A stretch of DNA of 64,000 nucleotides from Phormidesmis sp. (GCA_965248535.1 CBDFJR010000005.1:2272001-2336000), one strand, 5' to 3'; shown: positions 1-10,502, numbered from the stretch's first letter. Notes: generated from the sequence alone by a model not told the origin. Translations and numbers: made by a program.

Positions 1-1
1 A

Positions 2-865
2 GACCTCGAAATCGATATAAGCCTGGTCTACAGTTTATTGGCAGACCAGCTTCCCGATCTGATGCATCTACCAATTCGTAGGGTTGATGCGGGTTGGGAT
101 AATGTCATGTTTCGGCTGGGTGACGAGCTTTCTGTACGACTTCCACGCCGAAAAGTAGCAGCGACACTGATCGAAAATGAGCAAACTTGGCTGCCGCTCC
201 TCGCCGATCATCTGTTGATCTCTGTGCCCACTCCTTACAGATTCGGCCAACCAGCGCTAGGTTACCCCTGGCGCTGGAGTGTATTACCATGGCTGGCGGG
301 CATGCCTGCTGATCAAGATGAACCTCATGTAAATCAAGCCAAACGCTTTGCGTTATTTCTACGGTCATTGCATGTACCTGCACCATTCAATGCACCTCTC
401 AATGCAGTGCGCGGCGTACCGTTGATTCAACGGGCGGCTTCCGTAGAAGAGCGAATGCAACGACTGGATACAAAAACGAGTCTGATCACGCCAACGATCA
501 AAAACATTTGGGATATAGCGTTGAACACGCCCATTGATGTTGAGGCAAAATGGCTGCATGGTGACCTTCACCCACGCAATATCCTGGTCGAAAAGGGTGT
601 AATTACAGCCGTCATTGATTGGGGCGACATTACATCAGGCGATATTGCAACAGACCTTGCTTCGATCTGGATGCTCTTTCCCAATCAAGATATACGCCGA
701 CAAGCGATCGCAGAATACGGCAATGTTTCTAACGCAACTCTACAACGCGCTAAAGGATGGGCAATACTTTTTGGTGTCATGCTGCTGGATACAGGACTAG
801 TTGATCAGCCAAGGCACGCGATCATCGGAGAAAGGACATTACGTCGTGTTCTTGAGGATGGATAA
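2..865 (+). CDS. Aminoglycoside phosphotransferase (APH/choline-kinase-like) family protein, 5' end outside window
   Basis: GWDN, HGDLHPRN and IDWGD motifs; frame open from position 2 (DLEIDISLVYSLLADQ...). Confidence 0.85.
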   Translation, partial: DLEIDISLVYSLLADQLPDLMHLPIRRVDAGWDNVMFRLGDELSVRLPRRKVAATLIENEQTWLPLLADHLLISVPTPYRFGQPALGYPWRWSVLPWLAGMPADQDEPHVNQAKRFALFLRSLHVPAPFNAPLNAVRGVPLIQRAASVEERMQRLDTKTSLITPTIKNIWDIALNTPIDVEAKWLHGDLHPRNILVEKGVITAVIDWGDITSGDIATDLASIWMLFPNQDIRRQAIAEYGNVSNATLQRAKGWAILFGVMLLDTGLVDQPRHAIIGERTLRRVLEDG

Positions 866-948
866 CAGACTAGGCGAACGTTTCTCCTGCTCACTGGCAA
901 TTAACCTTCCGTATACAGGATTCTCTCTAGAGAAATATCCTTCTGCTT

Positions 949-2328
949 ATGCAAATGAATTCCTTACGACAAATCCCCCTGTTCTCAAACCTCAGTGATG
1001 ATCAGCTACAGTGCATTGCGGGACTGGGAACCGAAATCAAGCTCGACTCTGGCACTCAAATTGCCAACCAGGGTGATCCGCCGGATGGGTTCTACATTAT
1101 TCTGCAAGGTCAAACCGAATGGACTCGCAACATCGGTGGAGAAGTCGTTCCGGCAGTGACATTAGGCGCGGGAGAGGTGTTTTCTGAACTAATTTTGCTG
1201 TTGGATGAGCCATATCCCACCAGTGGCAAGGCGGTCACTGAGGTGCAATTGTATAAGCTCACACCGGATGACTTTTGGAAAATGCTGTCACTGTGTCCTG
1301 GTGTAATGCGGCGCATTCTTAAAATTGCCGTGCAGCGATCGCAAATCCATGAAACTGTCACCCAACAGCAGGCAAAGTTAATCTCCCTCGGCACGTTATC
1401 GGCGGGTCTTGCCCACGAGTTAAACAACCCTGCCGCCGCCGTCCGCAGCAACGTCAACAACCTAGAAGCCGCTTTGCAAACTTTGCCTTCGCTGGCACTC
1501 AAACTGCACCAACAGCCAATGACCGAGGAGCAGATTACTTTTCTGAGCGACTTGTATCAAAGAGCGACGACGGCTGCGCTCAATGCCACACCACTGGATG
1601 CGATCGCTCAAAGTGAAGCCGAAGATACGATCGCCGACTGGCTCGAAGCCCATGAGGTGGCGAATGCCTGGAAGCTTGCACCCATGCTGGTGACAGCCGG
1701 ACTGGACACAGTGCAGTTGGATGATCTGACCACCCATGTTACCTTCGATTGTTTAAGCTGTGTGTTGACCTGGCTGGAAACCACTCTCACAGGCATCAAG
1801 CTATTAGAAGACATCAAGCTTGGCTCTACGCGGATTTCAGAACTCATTACCGCGATGAAAAACTACTCCTACATGGATCAAGCCTCACTGCAAGAAATCG
1901 ATGTACACGAAGGCATTGAGAACACGCTGATCATCCTAAAGCACAAGCTGAAGTATGGCATGGTAGTGGAGCGCGAATACGGTAAGTTACCTCGCATCTG
2001 TGCCTACGGGCCACAACTCAATCAGGTATGGACAAATTTAATTGACAATGCCGTTGATGCTACTAACGGCAAAGGACATTTGTGGATTCGGACATCCCTA
2101 GAAGCGGAGTATATTCTAGTAGAAATTGCTGATGATGGGGCTGGGATTCCGGCTGGGGTACGATCGCGCATCTTCGATCAGTTCTTCACGACTAAAGACG
2201 TGGGCAAAGGCACTGGTTTAGGACTCGACATCGCCCGTCGCATTGTGGTTGGACAGCACAAGGGTAAGATCAGCGTTGAATCCCAACCGGGCGATACTCG
2301 CTTTCAAGTGCGGCTGCCCATCAATTGA
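949..2328 (+). CDS. Sensor histidine kinase with N-terminal cNMP-binding domain
   Basis: N-terminal LRQIPLFSNL..QGDPPDGFYIIL; H-box LAHELNNP; N-box NLIDNAVDA; G-box GKGTGLGL. Confidence 0.9.
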   Translation: MQMNSLRQIPLFSNLSDDQLQCIAGLGTEIKLDSGTQIANQGDPPDGFYIILQGQTEWTRNIGGEVVPAVTLGAGEVFSELILLLDEPYPTSGKAVTEVQLYKLTPDDFWKMLSLCPGVMRRILKIAVQRSQIHETVTQQQAKLISLGTLSAGLAHELNNPAAAVRSNVNNLEAALQTLPSLALKLHQQPMTEEQITFLSDLYQRATTAALNATPLDAIAQSEAEDTIADWLEAHEVANAWKLAPMLVTAGLDTVQLDDLTTHVTFDCLSCVLTWLETTLTGIKLLEDIKLGSTRISELITAMKNYSYMDQASLQEIDVHEGIENTLIILKHKLKYGMVVEREYGKLPRICAYGPQLNQVWTNLIDNAVDATNGKGHLWIRTSLEAEYILVEIADDGAGIPAGVRSRIFDQFFTTKDVGKGTGLGLDIARRIVVGQHKGKISVESQPGDTRFQVRLPIN

Positions 2329-2351
2329 TCGAGCAAAACTTTGTCGTTTGT

Positions 2352-2775
2352 GAGACGTGTTGTGAAATAAAATGCTTTTGTGAACAGGGTTTGCTTCCCT
2401 TTCCCTCTGGTTAAGCAGCCATGAGGTGGAAGTTCCATAACCCAGTCGCCGTGAGCATCAGATGGCCATCGAAATCAGTCAGGCGATTCTTGTAAATCGC
2501 ACTCACTGCCCCGTAGCGCTTGACTGTTGAATCGGACGTTTCGTGTCGTCAATCATCACCCGCTTCACGCCTAGAAATCGTGCCACAAACTGCTCAACGC
2601 TCTCTAACTTGCGCTCTGGCAGGGCGAGTTGCTTGCCCAATGCCGTCTCTAAAAGCGGTTGTAAGCGATGCAACCAGCGATTGGCTTAGGAGCGGTCGAG
2701 GTCAAACAGAATCCCAGCTAAGTCAAAGGTGAGATAGCACTTGAAATAGAACAACACAAAAAACAACTGATGGTC
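2352..2775 (-). pseudogene. Degenerate, internally deleted IS5-like (HTH_Tnp_4/DDE_Tnp_4-type) transposase with one probable IS end
   Basis: Minus strand reads QLFFVLFYFKCYLTFDLAGILFDLDRS*ANRWLHRLQPLLETALG...VKRVMIDDTKRPIQ, then in another frame VKRYGAVSAIYKNRLTDFDGHLMLTATGLWNFHLMAA* (2524-2411); IS-end-like GAGACGTGTTGTGAAATAA near 2352. Confidence 0.7.
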
Positions 2776-2820
2776 AATTCCTGTGGGTAGAAAATTCACA
2801 TTGGGTTGGTGCGGTAATCC

Positions 2821-3228
2821 TCAAAAGTTGCCTTCTTGCAAATACCCTTCCAATTCTTGAATCTGTTGCTTGGTTAGTCTCGCCATGCAATTGCTGTAGA
2901 CCATCGGCGCGATCGACCCGCCTGCAAATCGACTCCTGGAAAATGCACAGCTAGCATCTCGGTATTTGATCCAGGCTTCTTCTGCGTTAACCAACTGCAA
3001 GTCTAGTTGCGTTCCTCGATTCTTTCGGAGTCGCTGGTAGACCTGATTTAATTGTCGATCAGCCTCTCCAGCGCTGAGAGATGCACATTGATTCAGTTCC
3101 AGTTGAGTCTGCGCCTTTTGGCAGTTTAATGGTTGGGCCACTGCATCTGACGGGCTAAACCCTATCATTACAGTGATACCTACCATTCCACCTGCTAAAG
3201 CTGAATTTGTGAACCACTGGCGTTTCAT
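2821..3228 (-). CDS. Secreted lysozyme-inhibitor LprI (DUF1311) family protein
   Basis: Signal peptide, C..AQTQLELNQCA, AWIKYRDASC and C-terminal Cys; AAGGAG RBS before ATG at 3228. Confidence 0.85.
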   Translation of the reverse strand: MKRQWFTNSALAGGMVGITVMIGFSPSDAVAQPLNCQKAQTQLELNQCASLSAGEADRQLNQVYQRLRKNRGTQLDLQLVNAEEAWIKYRDASCAFSRSRFAGGSIAPMVYSNCMARLTKQQIQELEGYLQEGNF

Positions 3229-3422
3229 AAGTGTCTCCTTGAGATCAAAAGCTTTTGAAGCCTGATTTGAATGAGCCTTTGCTGTTGACTCTATCACCTT
3301 AGTTGTTGCGGGTAAAATAGGTTTGTCTGAGTCGATCAAGAAAGGTCTAAATCTAGACACTGAGCGATCGCCACTGCCACGACTAAATACACGCAATCAT
3401 GAATCGAGTACCATCAATTCCT

Positions 3423-3510
3423 ATGCATGACAGTTCTCAAACCATTCAACTTCTGGCAATTTCAGGTAGCCTGCGTCAGGTTTCCTCTAAATACTGCCCT
3501 GCTGCAACTT
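3423..3510 (+). pseudogene. N-terminal remnant of NADPH-dependent FMN reductase
   Basis: IQLLAISGSLRQVSS, then NTALLQ after a 1-nt frameshift; similarity is lost afterwards. Confidence 0.65.
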
Positions 3511-3754
3511 ACCCCTCGAAGACGATCGAGTACAGTGTCACAGCGGCTCAAACTCCGAAACTGCGGACTTGCTGGCATGAGGTCAGTCAACGGCCCAGCA
3601 TCCAGAAAGTCTGTGCCTAGGGTCTGGGCATCTCTCTAAAGGCTAAAGACAAAGTGACATCAATTGAATCACACTGATGTTCAAGCCATTCGGTGATGAT
3701 TCAGTACTTCGTAGTACTTTCCATGTAGGTTTCAGAATAGTTTCAAGGATTGTT

Positions 3755-4561
3755 ATGCAACGACGAGATTTACTATTAGCCGGAACAGGTTTGCTAGGAA
3801 CGTTGGCTGTGCAAGGGGTCGCAATGGCTAAACCCCGTGGACAGACGGTGCAGTTGGGCAACAAGGCCCAATCTCTGCAAGCTTATTACGTGGCTCCGGT
3901 AGGAACCAAAAAGGCTCCAGCGATCGTGGTCTTCATGGAAGCCTTTGGCTTAAATGAGAATATCAAGGGCTTTTGCGATCGGTTAGCAGATCAGGGCTAT
4001 GTCGCGATCGCGCCGGATATCTATCACGGTCAGGTCTTTCCCTATTCCGATCTCCAGGGAGCGATCGCCAAGCTGAAAACCCTAAACGATGATGCCGTGA
4101 TGCAGGAGTTTGGTCAGAGCTTAGAGTTTCTGCAAACTCGCCCAGAAGTGCGCTCTGGCGGCATCGGAGTCACAGGTTTTTGCATGGGAGGTCGCTACAC
4201 TTTTTTGGCGAATGAGGTGTATGCGACGCAGATTAAGGCGGCGGTGTCGTTTTATGGCGGGGGCATTGCGTCAACCAACGATATAGCGGGTCGCCAGAGT
4301 CTGTTAAGTCGGGTTTCAGCAATGGAGGCACCCTTGATGCTGATGTATGGCAGCGAGGACACTTATATTGTGGCAGACGAGCATCAGCGCATTGCGAAGG
4401 CGTTATCTGTTGCCAAGAAACGCTACAGCATGAACGTTTTTGCTGGGGCGGGTCATGGCTTTATGAGCGATCGACGGGATAGCTACAATCCAGCGGCTGC
4501 GGCAGAGGCTGCCGCAATGATGATGGCATTCTTCGATCGGCATCTGACTAAACAGAGCTAG
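3755..4561 (+). CDS. Dienelactone hydrolase family protein with twin-arginine signal
   Basis: EAFGLN, GFCMGG nucleophile and AGHGF motifs; N-terminal MQRRDLLL...AMA. Confidence 0.88.
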   Translation: MQRRDLLLAGTGLLGTLAVQGVAMAKPRGQTVQLGNKAQSLQAYYVAPVGTKKAPAIVVFMEAFGLNENIKGFCDRLADQGYVAIAPDIYHGQVFPYSDLQGAIAKLKTLNDDAVMQEFGQSLEFLQTRPEVRSGGIGVTGFCMGGRYTFLANEVYATQIKAAVSFYGGGIASTNDIAGRQSLLSRVSAMEAPLMLMYGSEDTYIVADEHQRIAKALSVAKKRYSMNVFAGAGHGFMSDRRDSYNPAAAAEAAAMMMAFFDRHLTKQS

Positions 4562-4616
4562 TCAGTTGAGAGCGTTGTCATACCCTTTAGACTTCTAAAC
4601 TTATAGATTTGCACCC

Positions 4617-5681
4617 ATGCCACATTTATTTGAGCCATTTGAACAACGTGGTGTTATCTATCGGAACCGCGTTGTCGTTTCTCCCATGTGTCAATATTCT
4701 AGCGAAGACGGATTTGCGAACGATTGGCATCTGGTTCATCTCGTTAGCCGAGCCGTCGGAGGAGCCGGACTTGTGATGACCGAGGCGGCGGCCGTCATGC
4801 CAGAAGGACGAATCACGCCGCAGGATCTGGGCATCTGGCAAGATGCTCACATTGAGAGGTTGGCGCAAATTGTTGAGTTGCTTCATCGCAATGGGGCGGT
4901 GGCTGGAATTCAACTGGCTCACGCCGGACGAAAAGCCAGTACGTCTCCCCCTTGGGAGGGCGGAGCGGTGATTTCTAACTCGCAGGGAGGATGGACAACG
5001 ATCGCACCCAGCGTTGTTCCGTTTGAGCCAGATAGCCCTGCCCCGATCGCCCTCAGCATCGAAGCTATTCAAACGCTGACAACCTCTTTTGTGAAGGCGG
5101 CTCAACGCTCACTAGAAGCTGGGTTTGACGTGATCGAGATTCATGCGGCTCATGGCTATCTCTTGCATGAATTTCTGTCACCTCTCAGCAATCATCGCAC
5201 CGATGACTATGGCGGTAGTTTTGACCATCGCATCCGATTCTTATGTGAAGTTGTGCAAGCGGTGCGGAGTGTTCTGCCTGATCAAATGCCGCTGTGGGTT
5301 CGCATTTCTGCCACTGATTGGCTTCCTGATGGTTGGAATATTGAACAAAGTGTTGCACTGAGCGATAAATTAAAGTTGCTAGGTGTTGATCTGATCGATT
5401 GCTCGTCGGGCGCGATCGCGCCGGGTGAAAAGATTCCGGTGGGGGCAGGCTACCAGACTCCTTTTGCCGATCGCATTCGCCGCGATGTGAACATTGCGAC
5501 TGGAGCGGTGGGTATGATTACTGTACCTGCTCAGGCTGACCATATCATTCGCACAGGTCAAGCAGATATGGTGTTGCTCGCCAGAGAAATGCTGCGCGAT
5601 CCCTACTGGGCAATGCGGGCGGCAAAACAACTGCGGCAGTCGGTGCCCGTGCCCATTCAATACGATCGCGCTTGGCGTTAA
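4617..5681 (+). CDS. namA: NADH:flavin oxidoreductase (Old Yellow Enzyme, YqjM/NamA type)
   Basis: SPMCQYS, EIHAAHGYL, NHRTDDYGGS and C-terminal QYDRAW motifs. Confidence 0.9.
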   Translation: MPHLFEPFEQRGVIYRNRVVVSPMCQYSSEDGFANDWHLVHLVSRAVGGAGLVMTEAAAVMPEGRITPQDLGIWQDAHIERLAQIVELLHRNGAVAGIQLAHAGRKASTSPPWEGGAVISNSQGGWTTIAPSVVPFEPDSPAPIALSIEAIQTLTTSFVKAAQRSLEAGFDVIEIHAAHGYLLHEFLSPLSNHRTDDYGGSFDHRIRFLCEVVQAVRSVLPDQMPLWVRISATDWLPDGWNIEQSVALSDKLKLLGVDLIDCSSGAIAPGEKIPVGAGYQTPFADRIRRDVNIATGAVGMITVPAQADHIIRTGQADMVLLAREMLRDPYWAMRAAKQLRQSVPVPIQYDRAWR

Positions 5682-5948
5682 TAGACCTGCTGCACAAATC
5701 CGGGAACGACCTCTTGTTTTAGAGCAAGCGGGAGCAGGCGTGATCGCCGCTGCGATCGCAGGCAGTTTCCCAAAAATTGAGATTGGGAACCTTGGCAAAT
5801 GGTTTCCCGATCCCATCCAGAAACTCTCAACTTCGGCAATCAAGCCGACTCCAACAGCGATCGCCCTAAATAATCCTCTTTTTTCACCACTCCAGGCAGC
5901 GCAAAGAAAAATCCACCCCCGATCGGTTTGATGTATTCTTCTAACGGC

Positions 5949-6197
5949 TCACCATTCAACCGCTCTTGCACTGTCATAAAGCCTTAGGGTCAGGTCGGCG
6001 GGTTCGCATCCTCGATCGGTCACTAAGACAGTGGTTTTAGCAGGTTCTGTTTGAGTAGCGCTGGCGTTTTGAGTTGAGTTTGAAGCATCACTGCTGGCTT
6101 TCGGCGGCGTTCCACAAGCTCCTAGAGAAACTGCGATCGCACTAACTATCAGCGAGGCTGAAACTCTTCTCCTTGTTCGTTGTGAATGAAGTGGCAT
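5949..6197 (-). pseudogene. efeO: Truncated EfeO iron-uptake lipoprotein (N-terminus only)
   Basis: Lipobox LGAC, then VTDRGCEP..SARAVEW of the EfeO cupredoxin domain with an internal deletion and a stop; lies directly downstream of the efeU remnant. Confidence 0.7.
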
Positions 6198-6225
6198 AAT
6201 AAACTCTCAAAATTTGAAGTAACTA

Positions 6226-6600
6226 CTATCGGGTGGCAGGTTGATGCTTGACCTTCCTACCGACAAAGAACAAAAACATCGTTGGGATCAGATAACCAAA
6301 GTAAGCGAGAACTTCGCTCACCCTGGGAGCATCGTTGTAGCCCAGCATTCCGGCTAAGATTGAGCCTGCCAAACTATGAACGGGCAGCACGTCGCTAGCA
6401 TCAAACACCGTCGCTTGAAAAACGTCCCACACTCCCGCTTCATGGGCAGCCCGGACTGCGCTGGCAAGCAATCCGCTGCGCCAAAATAATAAATGCGCCT
6501 GTCCAGTGAAAGAAGCGACTGAGATTAATCCGAATTCCACCCCGATAGATGCCCACACCAACCGCGATCGCGGCAGCCTATCCCAGCAATGCTCCTAGGG
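6226..6600 (-). pseudogene. efeU: C-terminal remnant of EfeU/FTR1 iron permease
   Basis: PLGALLG*AAAIAV, frameshifted GIYRGGIRINLSRFFHWTGAFII, then GLLASAVRAAHEAG...LGYNDAP; no N-terminal half. Confidence 0.78.
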
Positions 6601-6872
6601 GAGAGGGATTGAGGGGGCTGAAGCTGACTGAAACGGAGCCATCAACGACTTGTGACCACACAGTAGCTTCTAAAAGCCAGGCAAAAGGAACAATTTGAGA
6701 CGGTTGTGAATCCCGCGATCGGAGATTACCACTTGACATTACTCTAACTAATTCTACTCTCTATAAGAGGCACAGCTTATCATTGCAGCGATCGGGTCAG
6801 TAGCAAGGTGTTGGATCTATAAAACACCTATTGCGAACGTTTTAGACTAAACAAGAGTTTTGGAGCATAGTC

Positions 6873-7574
6873 ATGTTTGAAGTCCTATTTCGGATGCCAA
6901 TTACAGGTCAAATTCTCGTTGGCATCACCCTTTTGCTGATGGTGGCAGCAACCGCTTGCATTGCTGAACGGATTCAGTTTTGGTGGCGCGTCACTCGACA
7001 ACAGCCGATCTTTGCCAAGGAGATTGTTAAGCTCTATCAGCATCAACCTGAGCTTGTCGCCGAAAAGATTAGGCGCAATATTGATCTACCGATCGCGCGA
7101 ATTTTTGCAGCAGCGCTAGAACTAGACAGTCCAACCCCAGAAGAGTTTCGTTTAGCAATGGAGAGTGAACTGCAAGCAGAAATCCCAATAGTGAAGCGAT
7201 TTAGCGGACTCTTAGAACTGGTCGTTGGGTTAGCGCCAATGCTGGGACTGATCGGAACCATTAACGGATTGATCACAGCGTTTAGTTCCTTAAATATTGG
7301 TGATATTGGTGGCACAAAAACGGCAGGAGTATCTTCGGGGATCAGCGAAGCACTGATTACAACAGCAGTTGGCTTGGTCGTGGCAGCGACTTGTTTAGTG
7401 TTTGCGACCATGTTTAGAAATCTCTACAACCGTCAGATGGCGCTGATTCAAGAATATGGTGGACAGATAGAGCTAGTGTATCGTCGTCAACACGATCGAA
7501 GCAATTCGCAATCGATGATTCTATCTGAGTTGTCCGATGCGATTCGGCAGTTGGCAGCAAAGAATAAGTTTTAA
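6873..7574 (+). CDS. exbB: MotA/TolQ/ExbB proton channel protein
   Basis: APMLGLIGT..G and GISEALITTAVGL motifs; followed by exbD. Confidence 0.9.
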   Translation: MFEVLFRMPITGQILVGITLLLMVAATACIAERIQFWWRVTRQQPIFAKEIVKLYQHQPELVAEKIRRNIDLPIARIFAAALELDSPTPEEFRLAMESELQAEIPIVKRFSGLLELVVGLAPMLGLIGTINGLITAFSSLNIGDIGGTKTAGVSSGISEALITTAVGLVVAATCLVFATMFRNLYNRQMALIQEYGGQIELVYRRQHDRSNSQSMILSELSDAIRQLAAKNKF

Positions 7575-7595
7575 GCTTGAGTAGAGGAAAAAGCC

Positions 7596-7997
7596 ATGCG
7601 CGCCCCCCAAGAACCCGAATCTTCATTAGAGATGAACATTGTCCCAATGCTGGACGTGGTGTTTTCGATTTTGACGTTTTTTATCATCTCCACGCTGTTT
7701 TTGACTCGATCGGAAGGGTTGCCCGTAAACCTCCCCCAAGCTGCCACCGCCAAGCAACAGCAACAAACCAAAATTGCAGTCACGATCAAACCCGACGGAC
7801 AGCTTGCACTCAATCAGCAGCCCATTCAGCTAAACCAATTAGAAACGGGAGTGCGATCGCTGGTGCAAGCCAACCAGCAGCCAGTTGTTGTCATTCACGC
7901 AGATGAAAAGGTCGAGCATCGATTTGTGGTGTCAGCTATGGATCAGATCAGAAAAATTAATGGGATGAAGATAGCGATTGCTACCAAAAAGCAATAG
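7596..7997 (+). CDS. exbD: Biopolymer transporter ExbD
   Basis: MNIVPMLDVVF TM motif; VNLPQA and IHADEKV motifs. Confidence 0.9.
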   Translation: MRAPQEPESSLEMNIVPMLDVVFSILTFFIISTLFLTRSEGLPVNLPQAATAKQQQQTKIAVTIKPDGQLALNQQPIQLNQLETGVRSLVQANQQPVVVIHADEKVEHRFVVSAMDQIRKINGMKIAIATKKQ

Positions 7998-8090
7998 TGA
8001 AGTCCCAATGTTCTTATAAGTCATTTGTACTACTTTACAGGAAAAGAGAAGGTTGTCAAGCTAAAAATGCTGACGGTAATTTTCAAATCG

Positions 8091-8363
8091 CTATCTGAAC
8101 CGCCAACAACGCTCTAGCCAGTCAACTAGCTCTATCCGAGAAGTGGATATCTGTTTGACCACACTCCACAGTTGAAAAGCTGCGATCGCGCTATTCAACT
8201 CAATGGTCAACGGCTGATGAGCAGCGCATCGGCACGGAATCTCAAGTTCACACAGACGATGATAAATCTGCCAACGTTGTGATGCCGCTTCACTTCCGGG
8301 AGTGTGGGAATAGTGCACTGCGATCGTAATGACGGTTGGGGAAGACGCTGAATCTAAAGTCAT
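8091..8363 (-). CDS. Asr1405/Asl0597 family small cyanobacterial protein
   Basis: RWQIYHRLCELEIPCRC...QLWSVVKQ...LVDWLERCW pattern. Confidence 0.8.
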   Translation of the reverse strand: MTLDSASSPTVITIAVHYSHTPGSEAASQRWQIYHRLCELEIPCRCAAHQPLTIELNSAIAAFQLWSVVKQISTSRIELVDWLERCWRFR

Positions 8364-8376
8364 GTTAAACCTGCTA

Positions 8377-8754
8377 TTAACAAATTTTGCAGTAAGTCTT
8401 GGGCTGATTTTCTAGAGGCTGAATTAACTGCACAGTTTTGTAAGGACATAAATGATTTGGGCATCGCAGATCGTCATGCTCATCAGGTTCTGACGTTTCG
8501 TCGGCTTCTGTCTCAGCTTGGTTAACCCAGTTGATGATCGTGTTGTGGCTGACCCCGGTTGCCCGCTCGATCGCTCGAAATCCAAGCCCGTCACGAACCA
8601 TTTTTAGGCAGATTTGTTTAGCATCATTCGAGTAGCCTTTAACAGAGTGGAATTCAAGAAATTGACGACCACAGCTTTTGCATCGATAGTTTTGTTTTCC
8701 GCGACAGTGCCCATTTTTATTAACTTCAGTAGAATCACACTTAGGACATTTCAT
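8377..8754 (-). CDS. IS1 InsA-like zinc-ribbon/HTH protein without InsB
   Basis: CPKC..KNG..GKQNYRCKSC zinc ribbon; GLGFRAIERATGVSHNTIINWV HTH. Confidence 0.8.
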   Translation of the reverse strand: MKCPKCDSTEVNKNGHCRGKQNYRCKSCGRQFLEFHSVKGYSNDAKQICLKMVRDGLGFRAIERATGVSHNTIINWVNQAETEADETSEPDEHDDLRCPNHLCPYKTVQLIQPLENQPKTYCKIC

Positions 8755-9022
8755 TACTCAGTTGTGCAGCGACTTTTCGAGAGATTAATGTTAGATAAAT
8801 AAATAATTTTGCAAGGATAGGCAAGTAAGAAAAGTTCTCAGTTAGTATGCGAAGTAAATTCAAGAAACCCAGATTTAAGCTTGCTTTGTGGCTAGAAATA
8901 TGGGTCAATTCTAAATGTACGCTAGGTGAGTAGACTCTGCTTTTTACAGCAAGAAATGAGTTAAGGCAGCAGTCTTAAAGCGACTGTCTCACCTAGCTAG
9001 ATCTAATAATGGGGAAACCACA

Positions 9023-9553
9023 ATGTCTGAAACTCAAGTTTTAATTCGTGAATTTGGTCAAATTTCTAGCAACCCAGTTTTGCTTGAACACTCGACCACT
9101 GAGCCTATCTGTGAAGGATTAAATTCACTTTTGGCTAGTTTTCAAGCGTTATACCTGCAATATCAAAAGCATCATTTTGTGGTAGAAGGTGCTGAATTTT
9201 ACTCGCTTCATGAGTTTTTTCAAGAAAGTTACGATTCGGTTCAAGAACACGTTCATGAGATTGGTGAACGTCTAGAAGGACTGGGTGGAGTACCCGTTGC
9301 TAGCTTCTCTAAGTTGGCAGAATTGTGTTGCTTTACACCAGAACCAGACGGCGCTTATACCTGTCGATCGATGTTAGAGCACGACTTAACTGGCGAACAA
9401 GCCGTAATCGGACTGCTGCGTCGTCAAGCGTCTCTAGCTGAGAGTGTTGGCGATCGTGCAACTCGCTACCTACTCGAAAAAATCTTGCTCGAAACCGAGG
9501 ATAGAGCGTTTCACATTGCCCACTTTTTAGCGCCCGATAGTCTGAAAATGTAA
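9023..9553 (+). CDS. dps: Dps family mini-ferritin / DNA protection protein
   Basis: [18 protein letters not shown] and HEIGERL ferroxidase region typical of cyanobacterial DpsA. Confidence 0.92.
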   Translation: MSETQVLIREFGQISSNPVLLEHSTTEPICEGLNSLLASFQALYLQYQKHHFVVEGAEFYSLHEFFQESYDSVQEHVHEIGERLEGLGGVPVASFSKLAELCCFTPEPDGAYTCRSMLEHDLTGEQAVIGLLRRQASLAESVGDRATRYLLEKILLETEDRAFHIAHFLAPDSLKM

Positions 9554-9655
9554 CGGTAAGTTTGACTTAAATTCTGATCACGCCACTCCTTCTTGGCTGT
9601 TGGTCATAGTGTCATAGCCGCCATCGCCTTCAAAAAGGGATGCAAATCAACTTCG

Positions 9656-9696
9656 GTTTCAATCCCCACGTCGAGATTCTGAGTAACTCTGGCAAC
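9656..9696. repeat. Single CRISPR-repeat-like sequence (orphan, no array)
   Basis: GTTTCAATCCCCACGTCGAGATTCTGAGTAACTCTGGCAAC; GTTTCAATCCC...AAC termini resemble cyanobacterial CRISPR repeats, but only one copy is seen. Confidence 0.3.
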
Positions 9697-10187
9697 GCCA
9701 AAACTTGGAATATGAGTGGGGATTGTTTTAATTTGAACGGATGAAATTTTTACTATTGAAAGTATTTCCTAATAAGAAAGATAGAGTACTTGAGAGTAAA
9801 CGTCAAGTTTAATTTGAAAAAATCTGCATCACAGATCCATAAAAGTAGAGCGTTAGAAGCTTATAAGCTTTGCAGCTAAAAGATTGAGGCACCAACTTTG
9901 TAATTGAATGACCTGATATCTAGGCGGTAGGTGCTTTCAATAGTTAAGTTATGCTGTGGAGCTTTTTGAGAATTACTTTAGTTTTAGTTTTATCGGTACG
10001 ATCGTAGATCTGAGAGACTTCGTTGCAGTGATAAAATTGCAAGGTAAATCAACGCTTCTGAAAGTTCTCAGGCAGTTCCCCAAAATTGAGATTAGCGGGT
10101 TATCTATCTCAAACTCGTCCTAAACTAGTAAGTGAGCAACATCTGCCCTCAATCTGGTAGGCTCAAGACCTTCTATTGGCAACCCGG

Positions 10188-10502
10188 ATGACTGCACAGA
10201 CTTCCCTGAAAGAACTACGCAAACCGCAGAAACATAAACTCAAAGCAGCCGCCAAACAGAGGTTTGGTGGAGCCTGTGCCTATTGTGGGTGCGTTCCTCG
10301 GTTTTTGACCTTGGATCATATTGTGGCTCAATCGAAAGGCGGATTAGATGTGCAGTCTAATCTAGCCGCAGTTTGCCAACGCTGTAATAGAAGTAAAGGA
10401 AGCCGTGCGCTTTGGGAGTGGTGGCAAGCAGATCCCTGCTGGGATGAAGAGCGGGCCATCCAATTTGCCACGATCGTTCTCGTGTGCAAACTTAGAGTAT
10501 GA
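10188..10502 (+). CDS. Small HNH endonuclease
   Basis: CAYCG..LTLDHIVAQSKGG..NLAAVCQRCNRSKG. Confidence 0.88.
   Translation: MTAQTSLKELRKPQKHKLKAAAKQRFGGACAYCGCVPRFLTLDHIVAQSKGGLDVQSNLAAVCQRCNRSKGSRALWEWWQADPCWDEERAIQFATIVLVCKLRV

Noticed and set aside
6800..8850. Fur boxes upstream of exbB and dps
   Set aside because: AT-rich candidates exist but are too degenerate to call by eye
9554..10150. CRISPR array
   Set aside because: Only one repeat-like unit, with no periodic repeat-spacer structure and no cas genes
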